64,000 nucleotides of DNA from an uncultured Chloroflexia bacterium (GCA_963774265.1 CAVZDU010000003.1:553561-617560); one strand, 5' to 3'. Counted from the first letter of the stretch, positions 8,790 through 19,451 are shown. Notes: generated by a model not told the origin, from the letters alone. Numbers and translations: made by a program.

Positions 8790-10241
8790 TCACCCCGCCT
8801 CAGCACGCCGGCGGTTCAGCACTTCGGTGATGGTCGCTTCAGCCGTCGGCGGCAGGCCTGGCACCTTGTGTTCCCGCAGGATTTTCTTCGCACGCCGGTT
8901 CGCGCGTTGGGTCATATCCTGGCCGCCCGCCGCCACCCAGGCGTCGTAGCGGTTGCGGTCGAACAACTTCGGGTGCCACTGGGCCCAGCGCCAATTGTCC
9001 AGCGTGTGATCATCAGCCAGGAAGCCCGCTCCCGGTTTGGCGCGGTGGATGGCATCGCGAGCCAGCGTGCGTTCGCTGACCTCGACACCGTCCATGATGA
9101 AGCGCACGTTGCGGATGATTTCATCGGCGATCACCAGCATCTCCATGGAGGAGGTCGAGCCATATTCGATGTAGCCAACATCGTGGACCAGGTTGCAGCG
9201 CGCCAGGTACGCGCTCATGATGGTGATCGTCGCTTCGATGCCTGCCTGCGCGTCGGCCAGTTTGCTGTCGCTCGCGCCGGCTGCGCCCCAGACCGGAAGA
9301 TCGTAGCTGCGGGCGATATCGCACCAGGCCATCATCCCCGTGGGCCACTCCGGCGCACCATAGCCGACGATCGTGGATCCCATGTCCAGCGCCGCGGTAT
9401 TCATGCCGTACAGGAAAGGCGTTCCCTTGCGGACGAGTTGTGTCAGAACCAGCCCCACCAGGCACTCGGCGTTTCCCAGGGCCAGCGCGCCTGCCAACGT
9501 GATCGGGCCGCCGCCGCCGGTGTTCGGCGATGGCGGATAGGTCACTGGAATGCCCTTCTCAGCACAGAACAGCAGCTTGTCGACCGACTCATCCGGGAAG
9601 AGCAGGGGGGAGATGGGCTCTGCGTAAAGGATGAGGAACGGCTTCTCGCGAAGCTCCGTCTCACCACCCGCGATGGCGCAGGCGATTTGGTAGATGTCCT
9701 CCATGTCTCGCCGGTTGTTTGCCGTGTAGCAGGTAGGCTTGACCGAGCCGCGCATCATGGCGACAAACTCGTGGACATAGGCGTCCAGGGGGTCGACTTC
9801 GCCGGGGTTGCCCATCGACATCGTGAAATCGATTTGTTCCAGACCATCGCAAAGCTGGGCGATTCTGCGGACGTCCTCCGTCGTTGTCGGACGGCGTTCG
9901 CCGGTATCCACATCGACCGTGAAGATGCAATCCGACCCAGACCCGAAGAAAACCTTCCCGGCCTGCAGCGGCATCGTCTGCTGGCCGAGCCGGTTGTACA
10001 TGGGGATGCGCGCTGGCGCGCTGGCGATGGCGTTCATCACCATATATTCCGGGATCTTGATCTTGCCATCGGCTTCCCATGCGCCAGCTTCCAGAAGCAA
10101 GCTGGCCGCGCGCTCGTTCTTCATCACGATGCCCGTGTGGGCCAGGATGTCCAACGATGTGTTGTGGATCTCCTTAATCTGGTCGTCCGACAGCATGCGG
10201 GTCGTCGGGTGCAAGGTCGAAATGGATATCTGGTCGGTCAT
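8790..10241 (-). CDS. MttB-superfamily methyltransferase #2 (no pyrrolysine)
   Basis: EPISPL, GPITLAGAL, SDSKLADAQAGIE and LVHDVGY. RBS AGGAG before ATG 10241. Confidence 0.92.
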   Translation of the reverse strand: MTDQISISTLHPTTRMLSDDQIKEIHNTSLDILAHTGIVMKNERAASLLLEAGAWEADGKIKIPEYMVMNAIASAPARIPMYNRLGQQTMPLQAGKVFFGSGSDCIFTVDVDTGERRPTTTEDVRRIAQLCDGLEQIDFTMSMGNPGEVDPLDAYVHEFVAMMRGSVKPTCYTANNRRDMEDIYQIACAIAGGETELREKPFLILYAEPISPLLFPDESVDKLLFCAEKGIPVTYPPSPNTGGGGPITLAGALALGNAECLVGLVLTQLVRKGTPFLYGMNTAALDMGSTIVGYGAPEWPTGMMAWCDIARSYDLPVWGAAGASDSKLADAQAGIEATITIMSAYLARCNLVHDVGYIEYGSTSSMEMLVIADEIIRNVRFIMDGVEVSERTLARDAIHRAKPGAGFLADDHTLDNWRWAQWHPKLFDRNRYDAWVAAGGQDMTQRANRRAKKILREHKVPGLPPTAEATITEVLNRRRAEAG

Positions 10242-10303
10242 GATCTCTCCTTTTTGCTCCACCTTGAAAGTGCCTTTTGTATCCGTGGACATGCTTCGCG
10301 TGC

Positions 10304-12243
10304 CTAGCGCAGGTTTTGTGCAATCAGCGGTCGAATCATAGAAAACGGCCCGAAATTCGAACTTTTATAATCGACAGGCAACCGTTATGCTCGGGGCGAA
10401 TCTCCGCTCAGTTAAGGAGGAATCCGCCATGCGTGAAGTCGCCACTCAACCGAGCCATACGGAGCATGCGCTCTTGGTACTTCTGGGCCAGTACGCCCAG
10501 CATCTCGGGCTCATTCAGGTCCTGATGGCGGCATCTCTGCATCAGAAGACCCGCACGCATCAGCCACAAACCAAGGTGGTCGAGTTCCTGGTGGCGATTC
10601 TGGCTGGCCTGCCGCATCTCGAGGACATCAGTCGCGATGCGCGGCCGTTGGACCAAGACCTGGTTGTGGCGACTGCCTGGCAGCAGGACGGCTGGGCCGA
10701 CTACAGTGGCGTTGGGCGGACCTTACAGGCGCTCACTCAACCGGAAGCGGAACGGATCGCCGCTGCCTTAAGCCAAATCAGCCATCCCTTCATTGACGAT
10801 CAGGTGGCGCAGGCGCTGCTCCAGGAGGGCCGGCTCATTTACGACGGCGATCTTACCGGCCGACCCGTCTCCAATACCAGCACGAGCTACCCCGGGGCTG
10901 CCTTTGGCCACATGGACGATGCGGTACGCCTCGGCTACCAAGCGGCTGTCGTCAGCCTAAAGAGCCCGACCTATGGTCGACTGTGGCTCTCAGTCAAGCC
11001 GCATCCAGGCAACGTGCTTTCCTGTCAAGTAGCCGAAGAGATGGTGCTGGCTGCAGAAGGCCAGACCGGGGTGCGTCCCCGACGGCGTACCGAATTACTG
11101 GGCCAGCGCCTGCACGCCGTGAGCCAAGAGCGGGCGCTGGTTGAGCAGCGCCTTCAGCAACGCTGCCAGGCGTTCAGCGCAGCACAGGCGTTGATGCAGG
11201 CTCGCAGCGAGCAGGTAGGTCAGGCGAATGCCGCCTTGACTGGCCTGATGGCCGCCAGCGAGCAGGCCGCGCAGCGCAAGGGGCGACCGCATTGCCGTCT
11301 GGCACAGGCTCGGGCGCATCTCGCCGCCTGCGAACGCCGCTTGCAGCGCCAGCAGCAGCGCTTTCTGCAGGCTCAGCGTAGCGTCGCGCGTGAGCAGGTG
11401 CGGTTCGCGGCCTTACGGGCTATGGAGCGGACCTTAGGCCAGCGGCTTGACGACTTCAACCGGGAGAATGCTGCCAATCCGGCCCCCATCCATGCCGTCT
11501 TTCGATTGGATGCCGGGTTCGGCACCTGGGAAAACGTCGCCCGCTTGATCGAACTGGGCTACGAGGTCTACACCCGACCCTACAGTCAGAAGGTCAAGGC
11601 CAGTTTGCTGCATAGGATCGAGGATACGACGCCCTGGGTGCGCGTAGGTGCCAATGCCGAGATGATCGCCTGGTCTGGCGTGCTCTTCAAGGGCAACCCC
11701 TACCCGGTCGATGTTGCCCTTGAGCACTTCTATACAGGCAAGACCGAGCGGTACGGCGCGCTCCTACACTTCGGGTCGGACGCTGTCACCAAAGATCTGG
11801 GTGGCTGGTTTGCCTTCTACAATGGTCGCCAGACGGTCGAGGCGGGCATCAAGGAAGGTAAGGGCGTGTTCCAGATGCACCATCTCAAGGTGCGTTCCCT
11901 ACCGGCGCTCTGGCTGCAAGAACAGTTCGCCGCCTTTGCGGCCAACTTCCTGCGCTGGGCCGCCCATTGGTTGTGCCATGACTGCGGACAAGTGCCTAAC
12001 CAGTGGCTCGTACCGGTCACAGCGAGCATCAAAACGCTGGTCCAGGTTGCTGCTCACACGCCTGCCAGTGTCCAGTGGCTACCCAACGGTTGCTTGTTAA
12101 GGTTCTCGGATGATAGTCTCTATGCCGGTCGCATCATTCAGGTCGGCAGCTGGGTCGTCCAGCTCAGTCTGCCGCTCTTCCAAAGTTGTCATTTCGAGCC
12201 GATTTCCATGACTCCGGCTCTGATTGCACAAAACTTACGCTAG
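10304..12243 (+). mobile_element. Complete insertion sequence (IS1380-like DDE) with ~50-bp imperfect terminal inverted repeats and CTAG at both ends
   Basis: Left end CTAGCGCAGGTTTTGTGCAATCAG; right end (reverse complement) CTAGCGTAAGTTTTGTGCAATCAG. Similarity extends ~53 bp. The single ORF is in the opposite orientation to the host operon. Confidence 0.9.
10429..12243 (+). CDS. DDE transposase (IS1380/IS4-clan-like) with long coiled-coil insertion
   Basis: YDGDLT, RLDAGFG and YNGRQTVEAGIKEGK resemble the IS1380 D..RxDxGF..YxxRxxxExxIKExK pattern. RBS AAGGAGG. Confidence 0.82.
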   Translation: MREVATQPSHTEHALLVLLGQYAQHLGLIQVLMAASLHQKTRTHQPQTKVVEFLVAILAGLPHLEDISRDARPLDQDLVVATAWQQDGWADYSGVGRTLQALTQPEAERIAAALSQISHPFIDDQVAQALLQEGRLIYDGDLTGRPVSNTSTSYPGAAFGHMDDAVRLGYQAAVVSLKSPTYGRLWLSVKPHPGNVLSCQVAEEMVLAAEGQTGVRPRRRTELLGQRLHAVSQERALVEQRLQQRCQAFSAAQALMQARSEQVGQANAALTGLMAASEQAAQRKGRPHCRLAQARAHLAACERRLQRQQQRFLQAQRSVAREQVRFAALRAMERTLGQRLDDFNRENAANPAPIHAVFRLDAGFGTWENVARLIELGYEVYTRPYSQKVKASLLHRIEDTTPWVRVGANAEMIAWSGVLFKGNPYPVDVALEHFYTGKTERYGALLHFGSDAVTKDLGGWFAFYNGRQTVEAGIKEGKGVFQMHHLKVRSLPALWLQEQFAAFAANFLRWAAHWLCHDCGQVPNQWLVPVTASIKTLVQVAAHTPASVQWLPNGCLLRFSDDSLYAGRIIQVGSWVVQLSLPLFQSCHFEPISMTPALIAQNLR

Positions 12244-12893
12244 ACCTCTCGGATATCCACGATTTCCTGGTCCGGGATCCTGCTCAATGCCGTGCGGGCC
12301 TCATCCATGGTCACCTTCAGCTTGACCACTGCATCCCACTTGCCGGGCGCCTTCGGGCTGACCGAGCCGCCACAGGCTTCGATGCCCCAGCCCTGGGCCG
12401 CAATGGCAGACACCAACTTGGCCAGCTCCCCGGGCACTCCCGACGGCATGCGGATGGTGACGCGGACGCCGTGCTCGCGCGCAGCCATGAGTTCCGAGAG
12501 CTGGGCGAGCAGGTCCAGCTCGGTGATAATGCCGACCAGGATACCTTTCTCTACCACAGGAAGGCAGCCGATCCGCTTCTCCACCATCACACTGGCGGCC
12601 TCCTCGATGGTGAGGTTGGAGTCGATCGTCACAACCTCCTGGAGCTTCAGCATGACATCCCTTACGCTTAAGCTCGACAGGGTGCGGGCGATATCCCAGA
12701 CCGAGAGGCTGCCCAGCCGTCCCGGATCGATCAGCAGTGTCTGACGGGTGACCAGGCCCAGCAAGCGCTTGCCGTCTCCCACCACAGGCAGGTGCCGGAT
12801 CTTGTTCTCGCCCATGAACTTCTGCGCTTCGATGACCGACATCGTTGGGGTGGCCATCAGCGGGTGCCGTGTCATGTAGTCTCTAACTAGCAT
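12240..12893 (-). CDS. CBS-pair + ACT domain protein (AcuB-like)
   Basis: MLVRDYMT, IRHLPVV, IGCLPVV and GIITELD, followed by an ACT-like PGELAKL segment. Confidence 0.9.
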   Translation of the reverse strand: MLVRDYMTRHPLMATPTMSVIEAQKFMGENKIRHLPVVGDGKRLLGLVTRQTLLIDPGRLGSLSVWDIARTLSSLSVRDVMLKLQEVVTIDSNLTIEEAASVMVEKRIGCLPVVEKGILVGIITELDLLAQLSELMAAREHGVRVTIRMPSGVPGELAKLVSAIAAQGWGIEACGGSVSPKAPGKWDAVVKLKVTMDEARTALSRIPDQEIVDIREV

Positions 12894-12940
12894 TCGTGTC
12901 TCCTCCCAAGGAAGCGAGCAGCTGTTTATGCGGGTGTTGG

Positions 12941-15032
12941 CTAGGCCCGGGCCCGGGCCGATGCTGAAGGCACAGTCACGACAGCTTCCATCCTGCGCAA
13001 ATCCCCCAGCGGGATGTGACAGGCGATGCGATGCCCGTTGCCGTTATCGAGCCAGGGCGGCTCCTCTCGTTCGCAGATATCACCGACCTTGCGCGGGCAG
13101 CGCGTGTGGAAGCGGCATCCGCTGGGCGGGTTGAGCGCGCTGGGGACCGAGCCAAGCAGGCGGATGTGTTTCTGCTCGACGCGCGGGTCCGGTATGGGCA
13201 CCGCGGACAGCAGCGCCTCGGTGTAAGGATGATAGGGCGGCGCGTAGATGGCCTCTGCCGGACCAATCTCCACGATCTTGCCCAGGTACATGACCGCGAT
13301 GCGGTCGCAGAAGAAGCGGACGACGCTCAGATCATGGGCGATGAAGGCCAGCGTGGCGCCCAGTTCCTTCTGGATCTCCAGCAGCAGGTTGAGGACCGCA
13401 GCCTGCACCGAGACATCCAATGCCGAAACCGGCTCATCGCACAGCACCAGGCCGGGTCGGGCCGCGATGGCGCGTGCGATACCCACGCGCTGCTTCTCAC
13501 CGCCGCTGAGCTGGCGCGGGTAGCGGTCGTAGTAGCGCTCGCCCAGCTTCATCATATCCAGCAGCCGCACCACCTCGTCGCGTACCTGGTTTGCGGGCAC
13601 CGTCTTGAATCGGCGCAAGGGCCGTCCGATTTGGTAGCCCACGGTGAAGGATGGATTGAGGGTCGAGTCGGGGTTCTGGAACACCATCTGCATCTCTTTG
13701 ATGGTATCCAGAGTGCGTGTTGAGACCGGTCCGGAGATGTCGACGCCCATGAACTCGAACTCGCCGCCGGTCGGCCGCTCCATGCCAACGATCGTCTTGA
13801 CCAGCGTGCTCTTGCCGCAACCCGACTCACCGACGATGCCCAGGGTGTGGCCCTTCCGGATCTCGATGCTCACGTCATCGACCGCCTTGACCTGGAGCTT
13901 CTCGCGAGTGAAGAGCTTGCGGGACGGCACCTGGTAGTAAGTCCTGGCATTCGAGACGCGCAGGATGGTTTCGGCAGTCTCAGCGGGAGGCGCGGAAACC
14001 TGGGCCAGGAGGTCTTCGGGCGGCTGCCAACCCGTCTGCCTGATCTCTTCAGCGAAGTGGCAGCGCGCTATGTGAGCAGTGTGCACCAGGCGGAGCTCTG
14101 GCTTGCGGAGGTGGCATTCCGCGCGGGCGTAGTCGCAGCGGGGTTCAAAGATGCAGCCGGGAGGCAGCGCAGTGGGTGATGGCACCCGGCCCCGGATCGG
14201 GTAGAGAACGCTGTCGCGTTTGTCCGTGCCCAGCCGCGGCACGCAGCGCAGGAGGCCCTGGGTGTAGGGATGCTGCGGACTCGCGAACAGATCCTGCACT
14301 GAGGCGCGTTCCACGATCTCGCCGGCATACATCACGGCCACCCGATTAGAGACCCGCGCCACCACGCCCAGGTTATGGCTGATGTACATGATGGCGGTTT
14401 GGAACTCGTTTTGCAGGTCGCGGACGAGGTCCAGGACGGCCGCTTCCACTGTAACGTCCAGGGCGGTCGTTGGCTCATCCATGATCAGGAGCGCCGGATC
14501 GTTGAGCAGGGCCATGCCGATGACCACGCGCTGCTGCTGTCCGCCCGAGATCTGGTGTGGAAAGCGGCGAACGACGTTGGAGGGATCCGGCATGTGCACG
14601 CGCTTCAACATCTCAATGCACGCGTCCTCGGCCTCTTTGGGCTTCATGAGGCGATGGACGATAAGCACTTCGGCCATCTGGTCGCCGATGCGCATGGAGG
14701 GGTTCAACGCCGGCCATCGGGTCCTGATACACCATCGCGATGCGGTCGCCGCGAATCCGGCGCAACTCCTCAGGAGACCGACCTACCAGGTCTTGACCCT
14801 GGAACAGGATGCGACCATCGACAATTCTGCCGTTGCGGCCCAGGAAGTTCACGATGCCGAATGCGACGGTGCTCTTGCCGCATCCGGACTCCCCCACGAT
14901 GCTGTACGCCTCGCCGCGCCGTATCTCGAAGTGCACGTCGCGCACAGCCGGCACGTCGCCGCGGCGCGTTTTGTAGGAGATGGCCAGGTTCTGTACGTCT
15001 AGCACCGGTGTCTGAGGCTTATGTGCATCCAT
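12941..15032 (-). CDS. Opp/Dpp-family ABC ATPase, fused double domain (frameshift near 14710)
   Basis: Two GESGCGKS Walker A motifs, ISGGQQQR and LSGGEKQR signatures, and two HPYT/Cys-rich oligo_HPY tails. Confidence 0.93.
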
Positions 15033-15069
15033 TGTTTCGTCCCTCATCAGTTCCCGGCAAGCGCAGGCA

Positions 15070-15951
15070 TCACTGGTAGCGGGTAGACTCTTCGCGCAGG
15101 CCATCGGCGAAGAGGTTCAGACCCACCACCAGGGAGGCGATAGCCAACGCCGGCCAGAGCACTCCCCACGGGTTGACCCAGATGAACTTGCGAGCGTTCG
15201 CGATCATGCCGCCCCAGTCCGGCGTTGGCGGCGGCAGGCCCAGCCCCAGGAAGCCCAAGGTGCCGATGGCGAAGACCGCATACCCTACGCGCAGCATCGA
15301 GTCGATGATGAGTGGCCCGCGTGCGTTGGGGAGGATTTCCACGAACATGACGTAGAGTGGGTTCTCCCCGCGCAGTTGGGCTGCGGCAATGTAGTCGCGC
15401 ACGCGGATGTCCAGGGTCAGGCTGCGCACGAGGCGGGCGATGCCCGGTGCGCCCACGAAGGTGATGGCGATGACCACATTGACGGCCGAAGCCCCAATGG
15501 CCGAGATAATGATTAGGTACAGCAGAATGGTGGGGAACGCCATGATCGCGTCGAGGATTCGCATCACGATCTCGTCCACCAAGCCGCCATAGTAGCCGCC
15601 CAGCAGGCCGAGGAACGTGCCCACAGCGACGGCTGCCAGCACGGAGAGAGGCGCCAGGGTGAGAATGGTGCGGCTGCCGTAGATCAGCCGGGACAAAAGG
15701 TCGCGGCCCAGGTGGTCGGTCCCCAACAGGTGCGCGGCTGAGGGCGCCTTATTCACGGCCTGGCCGTCCTGGGCAGAGGGGCTATAGGGCGCAATGACGG
15801 GCGCCAAGATCGCGACGACAATCCAGAACAGCACGAGCACCAACCCGATAACTGCGACCCGCGAGCTGGTGATGATCGAAAAAGTGTCGCGCAGTCGAGC
15901 GCGGGCACGGTTCCTGGTGGCTTGATCCAATGTCTTTCCGCCGGCTGTCAT
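15070..15951 (-). CDS. Opp/Dpp-family ABC permease (DppC type)
   Basis: HLLGTDHLGRDLLSRLIYG and LGFLGLGLPPPTPDWG. Confidence 0.95.
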   Translation of the reverse strand: MTAGGKTLDQATRNRARARLRDTFSIITSSRVAVIGLVLVLFWIVVAILAPVIAPYSPSAQDGQAVNKAPSAAHLLGTDHLGRDLLSRLIYGSRTILTLAPLSVLAAVAVGTFLGLLGGYYGGLVDEIVMRILDAIMAFPTILLYLIIISAIGASAVNVVIAITFVGAPGIARLVRSLTLDIRVRDYIAAAQLRGENPLYVMFVEILPNARGPLIIDSMLRVGYAVFAIGTLGFLGLGLPPPTPDWGGMIANARKFIWVNPWGVLWPALAIASLVVGLNLFADGLREESTRYQ

Positions 15952-15964
15952 GTTGATCCTCCCC

Positions 15965-17267
15965 CTAGCTGAATCGGATGCGCGGGTTCAGGAAGGTGTA
16001 GATGATGTCCGCTATCAACTGGGTGCCGACGGCAAGGGCCACCATCACCAGGGCGCCTGCCTCGATGGCGTTGATGTCCTTGAACAGCGCCGAATCAAGC
16101 AGGTACATCCCCAGTCCGGGGTAACCGAACACCGACTCGACCACCACGATACCGCCGACCAACCAGTTCACATGGAGCATAATCACGGTGATCGGCGCCA
16201 TCGAGCGCGTTGCGCACCGCGTGCTTCATGACGATGCGCCAATAAGGAAGGCCTTTGAGGTAGGCCGTGCGGATGTATGGTGCGTTCATCACCTCGATCA
16301 TGCTGGCCCGGGTCATGCGTGTGACATAACCAACCTCGACGAGCGTGAGCGTCGCCACCGGCAGGATCAGCAGTTTCGGGTCTTTCCAGGGCGCGATGTC
16401 GCTGGTGTATACGGCCGCTCCCGGCAACAGCTTGAGCCAGAAGGCAAAGACAAGGATCAGGATAATACCACTGGCAAATTCCGGGACTGAGGTCGTAATC
16501 AAGCTGATCAGCGAGATGGTGCGGTCAGTCCGGCTGCCTTCTCGCAGCCCGGCCAGGATGCCAAACAGCAGGGCCAACGGCATGATGAACGCGAAAGCGA
16601 TGCCCGCCAGGGTGAAGGAGTTGCGCAGCCGGCGCGCGAGGGTAGGTCCGACCGGGCGATTTGTGCGCAGAGAGATACCGGGATCCCCACGCAGCAGCCC
16701 CTTGCGGATGGGATAATATTCCTCGCCGCTGGCCTCGGTCATGGTGCGGCCCGCTGAAGCGGGGCCGGTGCGTTGTTCCTGGCTGTTTCGCCGCCACATC
16801 ACCACATGGCTGGCAGTGTCGACACCCCAGAAGATGTCTTCGCCGTTAGCGTCCTGCTGCCACTGGGTCACCGGCATCTCCTGCTGGGTGCCATCCGGAC
16901 GCAAGCTGATTTCGACCAGCCCCACCGCTTTCCGCGAGCGCCATTGTTTCAGCGTGCCATCGGGCTCGACCACCCACCAGGTCGCGTCGCCGAGCGCCGT
17001 GGCCTGGTGCTGGGTCAACTTCCGGCCCACGAGCTTGTCCAGGCGCCAATCGTTCCCGACAAGCCAGTCGAGGTAGCGCACCGGCAGCGACTGATCAAGC
17101 CCCATCTGCACGCGGAGCAGATCGACCTGCTCCTGGGTGGCGAACTGGCCGAGGATGTGGCGCGCGACGTCACCGGGTGCGATCTCCGAGATGCCGAAGA
17201 TAACCATGGAGACCAGGAGCATGGTCAGCACCATGAAACCGAGACGGCGCAGGATAAAACGGGCCAT
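15965..17267 (-). CDS. Opp/Dpp-family ABC permease (DppB type) with large loop insertion (frameshift near 16200)
   Basis: FILRRL, APGDVA, GDPGIS, RMTRASM, YIRTAYLKG and VVVESVFGYPGLG..LNPRIR. Confidence 0.92.
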
Positions 17268-17336
17268 GGCGAGGCTCTCCCTGTGGCTGGGCGGGTCGGG
17301 CAGCACCCGCACCGTGTTTATGGGGCGAAAGAGATC

Positions 17337-17382
17337 GTTATGCTGAGCGGGTTGACTCGATTTTCGACCCGCTCAGCATAAC
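17337..17382. repeat. Stem-loop between SBP and permease genes (probable mRNA-stability/attenuation element)
   Basis: GTTATGCTGAGCGGGT...ACCCGCTCAGCATAAC, a 16-bp inverted repeat. Confidence 0.7.
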
Positions 17383-17422
17383 AGGCTGCACTTCTTGCCT
17401 TACTCGCGCGACGGCGCGGACG

Positions 17423-19195
17423 TTACGCCGATTCGTCGATCCATGCCTCGTTGAGGATATCGTAGTTCGTCGGATGAGCGGCGACGTTCTGCAGCTTCTT
17501 GTGCGCGATGTACCAGACGCTGGTCCAGAATGGGATGGCGATGGAACCCCGTTCGATCTGGATGTCCTCCAGCTTGCACATGATATCGCGGCGCTTTTCA
17601 ACATCCAGCGTGAGCTCGGCTTCCTTCAGAAGCTTCGAGAATTCCTCGTCCACCCAGGCGGTTTCATTCCACGCACCCGGCTTGCCCTCCGCATCGGCCG
17701 TGTAGGCCAGGGCCAACGCCATGGTGTCCAGAGGGCGATGCGCCCAGATGGTGATCCCCAGCGGCACTTCGGTCCAAATGTTCCAGTAGTCGCTGGATGG
17801 CAGGATATTCAGCTTGATGTTGAAGCCGGCGGCGGCAGCCGATTCCTTCAACACCTGCGCGACGGCCGGCTCTGCCCGGGCCTGTTGCGTCGAGAGCTCC
17901 ACCTCGAGCCCGTCAGGGAACCCAGCCTCAGCCAGCAGTTTCTTGGCGCCTTCGGGGTCATAGGCCGGGATTTCCTTCTCGCAGAACGCAGGGTGCACGG
18001 GCGCGACATGCGTGTCCGGCCCGAGTACGCCGGCGCCGAACCAGGCCAGGTCCAGCATCTTCTGGCGCTCCAGGCATTTCTTCAGTGCCTGGCGGACGCG
18101 ATTATCTGTCCAGGGCTCCTTGTCGACGCGCATGCGGATGACGAAAGTCTGCGCAGTCGGCGCGGAATATACTCTGAGTTGTGGTAGGTCCTTGAGGGCC
18201 TGCCATTCCTCGCCGCCGGGGTTGAAGATGTTGTCCACCTGGCCGCTCTGAAGCGCCGCAATCTTGGCCGCCACCTCTTCGCCGAGATCCAGGTAAACCA
18301 GTTTGTCGAGGTACGGCAGCGACTTACCATCCGCACCCATGCGGTAGTAGTCCGGGCGGCGCTTGAGGACGCAACGCTCGGTCTCCACGTACTCTTCCAG
18401 CAGGAAAGGTCCGGTGCCTACCGGCTGCTTGATGATGTCGCCCTCGAAAGTCTTGGGGACGATCATGGCCGGATAGTGGAAAAGGTGCTCCGGGACGGCA
18501 ATCTGGCCCGCATCGAGATGCAGCTTGACAGTGTAGTCGTCTACCTTCTCGACGTTGGCGGGCTGCAAGTAGCTCATCATGCCCAGCATCGAAGAGCCGA
18601 TGTCGGGATCAAGCCACTGCTCCAGGTTGAAGACGACGTCATCGGCGGTGAACTCCTGGCCGTCGTTGAACTTGATGCCCTTCTTCAGGAACAGGGTCCA
18701 CTCTTTAACATCTGCGCTGGCTTCCCACTTGTCGAGCAGCCAGGGAACCGTGATGTTGTCGTAGCCGGTGTAGGTGAGATACTCGCAAATCTGGCGCATC
18801 TGGTTGACGCCTTCGATCCAGGAAAGGCGAGCCGGGTGGTCGAGTCGCTGTACGCGGGTGGCAATGGTGAGGGTGCCGCCGCGCTTGGGGCCGGCTGCGA
18901 CCGCTACGGCTGTGGCCGGGACAGCAGTGGCCGGGATAGCAGTCGCCGGGATCGCTGTGGCTGGCAAGGCCGTGGCTGGCAAAGCCGTGGCCGCAGGGGC
19001 AGGCTGCGCAGCCGGAGCGGGGGTCGGTTGCGAACATCCCGACACAAAAGCCGTGGCGGCTGCGGCTGACATGCCCAGCAGCGTCGCGGTTCGCAGAAAC
19101 TCTCTGCGTGAGATTCGGCCCTGCTGATACAGGTCCTTCAGCTCCGGAACATACGGATGTACTTCACTCTGCTTCTTCCTGAACAGGAAATCCAT
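17423..19195 (-). CDS. Family-5 (Opp/Dpp) ABC solute-binding protein, Tat lipoprotein
   Basis: ISRREFL signal, VSGC lipobox, PATA linker, KRGGTL, FTADDV and PVGTGPF. RBS AAGGAGG. Confidence 0.94.
   Translation of the reverse strand: MDFLFRKKQSEVHPYVPELKDLYQQGRISRREFLRTATLLGMSAAAATAFVSGCSQPTPAPAAQPAPAATALPATALPATAIPATAIPATAVPATAVAVAAGPKRGGTLTIATRVQRLDHPARLSWIEGVNQMRQICEYLTYTGYDNITVPWLLDKWEASADVKEWTLFLKKGIKFNDGQEFTADDVVFNLEQWLDPDIGSSMLGMMSYLQPANVEKVDDYTVKLHLDAGQIAVPEHLFHYPAMIVPKTFEGDIIKQPVGTGPFLLEEYVETERCVLKRRPDYYRMGADGKSLPYLDKLVYLDLGEEVAAKIAALQSGQVDNIFNPGGEEWQALKDLPQLRVYSAPTAQTFVIRMRVDKEPWTDNRVRQALKKCLERQKMLDLAWFGAGVLGPDTHVAPVHPAFCEKEIPAYDPEGAKKLLAEAGFPDGLEVELSTQQARAEPAVAQVLKESAAAAGFNIKLNILPSSDYWNIWTEVPLGITIWAHRPLDTMALALAYTADAEGKPGAWNETAWVDEEFSKLLKEAELTLDVEKRRDIMCKLEDIQIERGSIAIPFWTSVWYIAHKKLQNVAAHPTNYDILNEAWIDESA
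18905..18995 (-). repeat. 15-bp degenerate tandem repeat encoding a (PATA[LIV])n linker
   Basis: Translation AATALPATALPATAIPATAIPATAVPATAV. Confidence 0.8.
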
Positions 19196-19422
19196 AGCTT
19201 GCTCCTCCTTGGAGTGGGGTAGGGATGGACCTTGCGTCGCGGGTCTTGATGGTGCGCAGGCAGGCCCGCACATGGGTTTGAGAGTGACCGGAGAGATGTG
19301 GGGGCGTCACCTTCTTTCGTTGCCGAGCAGCCACGCGGATCGGTGATCTTTCAATGCCGCGCGCAACAGCGCGGTGCATGCACAAGATTCGACCGAGCAT
19401 GCGAGGGGGCAATGTGAGGCAG

Positions 19423-19451
19423 ATGATACTTCAAATGATCCATGTTGACAA
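19423..19451 (-). promoter_or_regulatory. Sigma70-type promoter for the ABC-mttB operon
   Basis: TTGTCA-N17-TATCAT on the minus strand, with an adjacent TCCCAG direct repeat at 19454-19468. Confidence 0.55.

Noticed and set aside
8277-10307. Long plus-strand ORFs (676 aa here; also 48595-50127, 55796-57238, 61361-62743)
   Set aside because: Antisense shadows of well-supported minus-strand genes in GC-rich DNA, with no motifs.
18905-18995. 15-bp tandem repeat as mini-array or contingency locus
   Set aside because: In-frame, codon-degenerate Pro/Ala/Thr lipoprotein linker.
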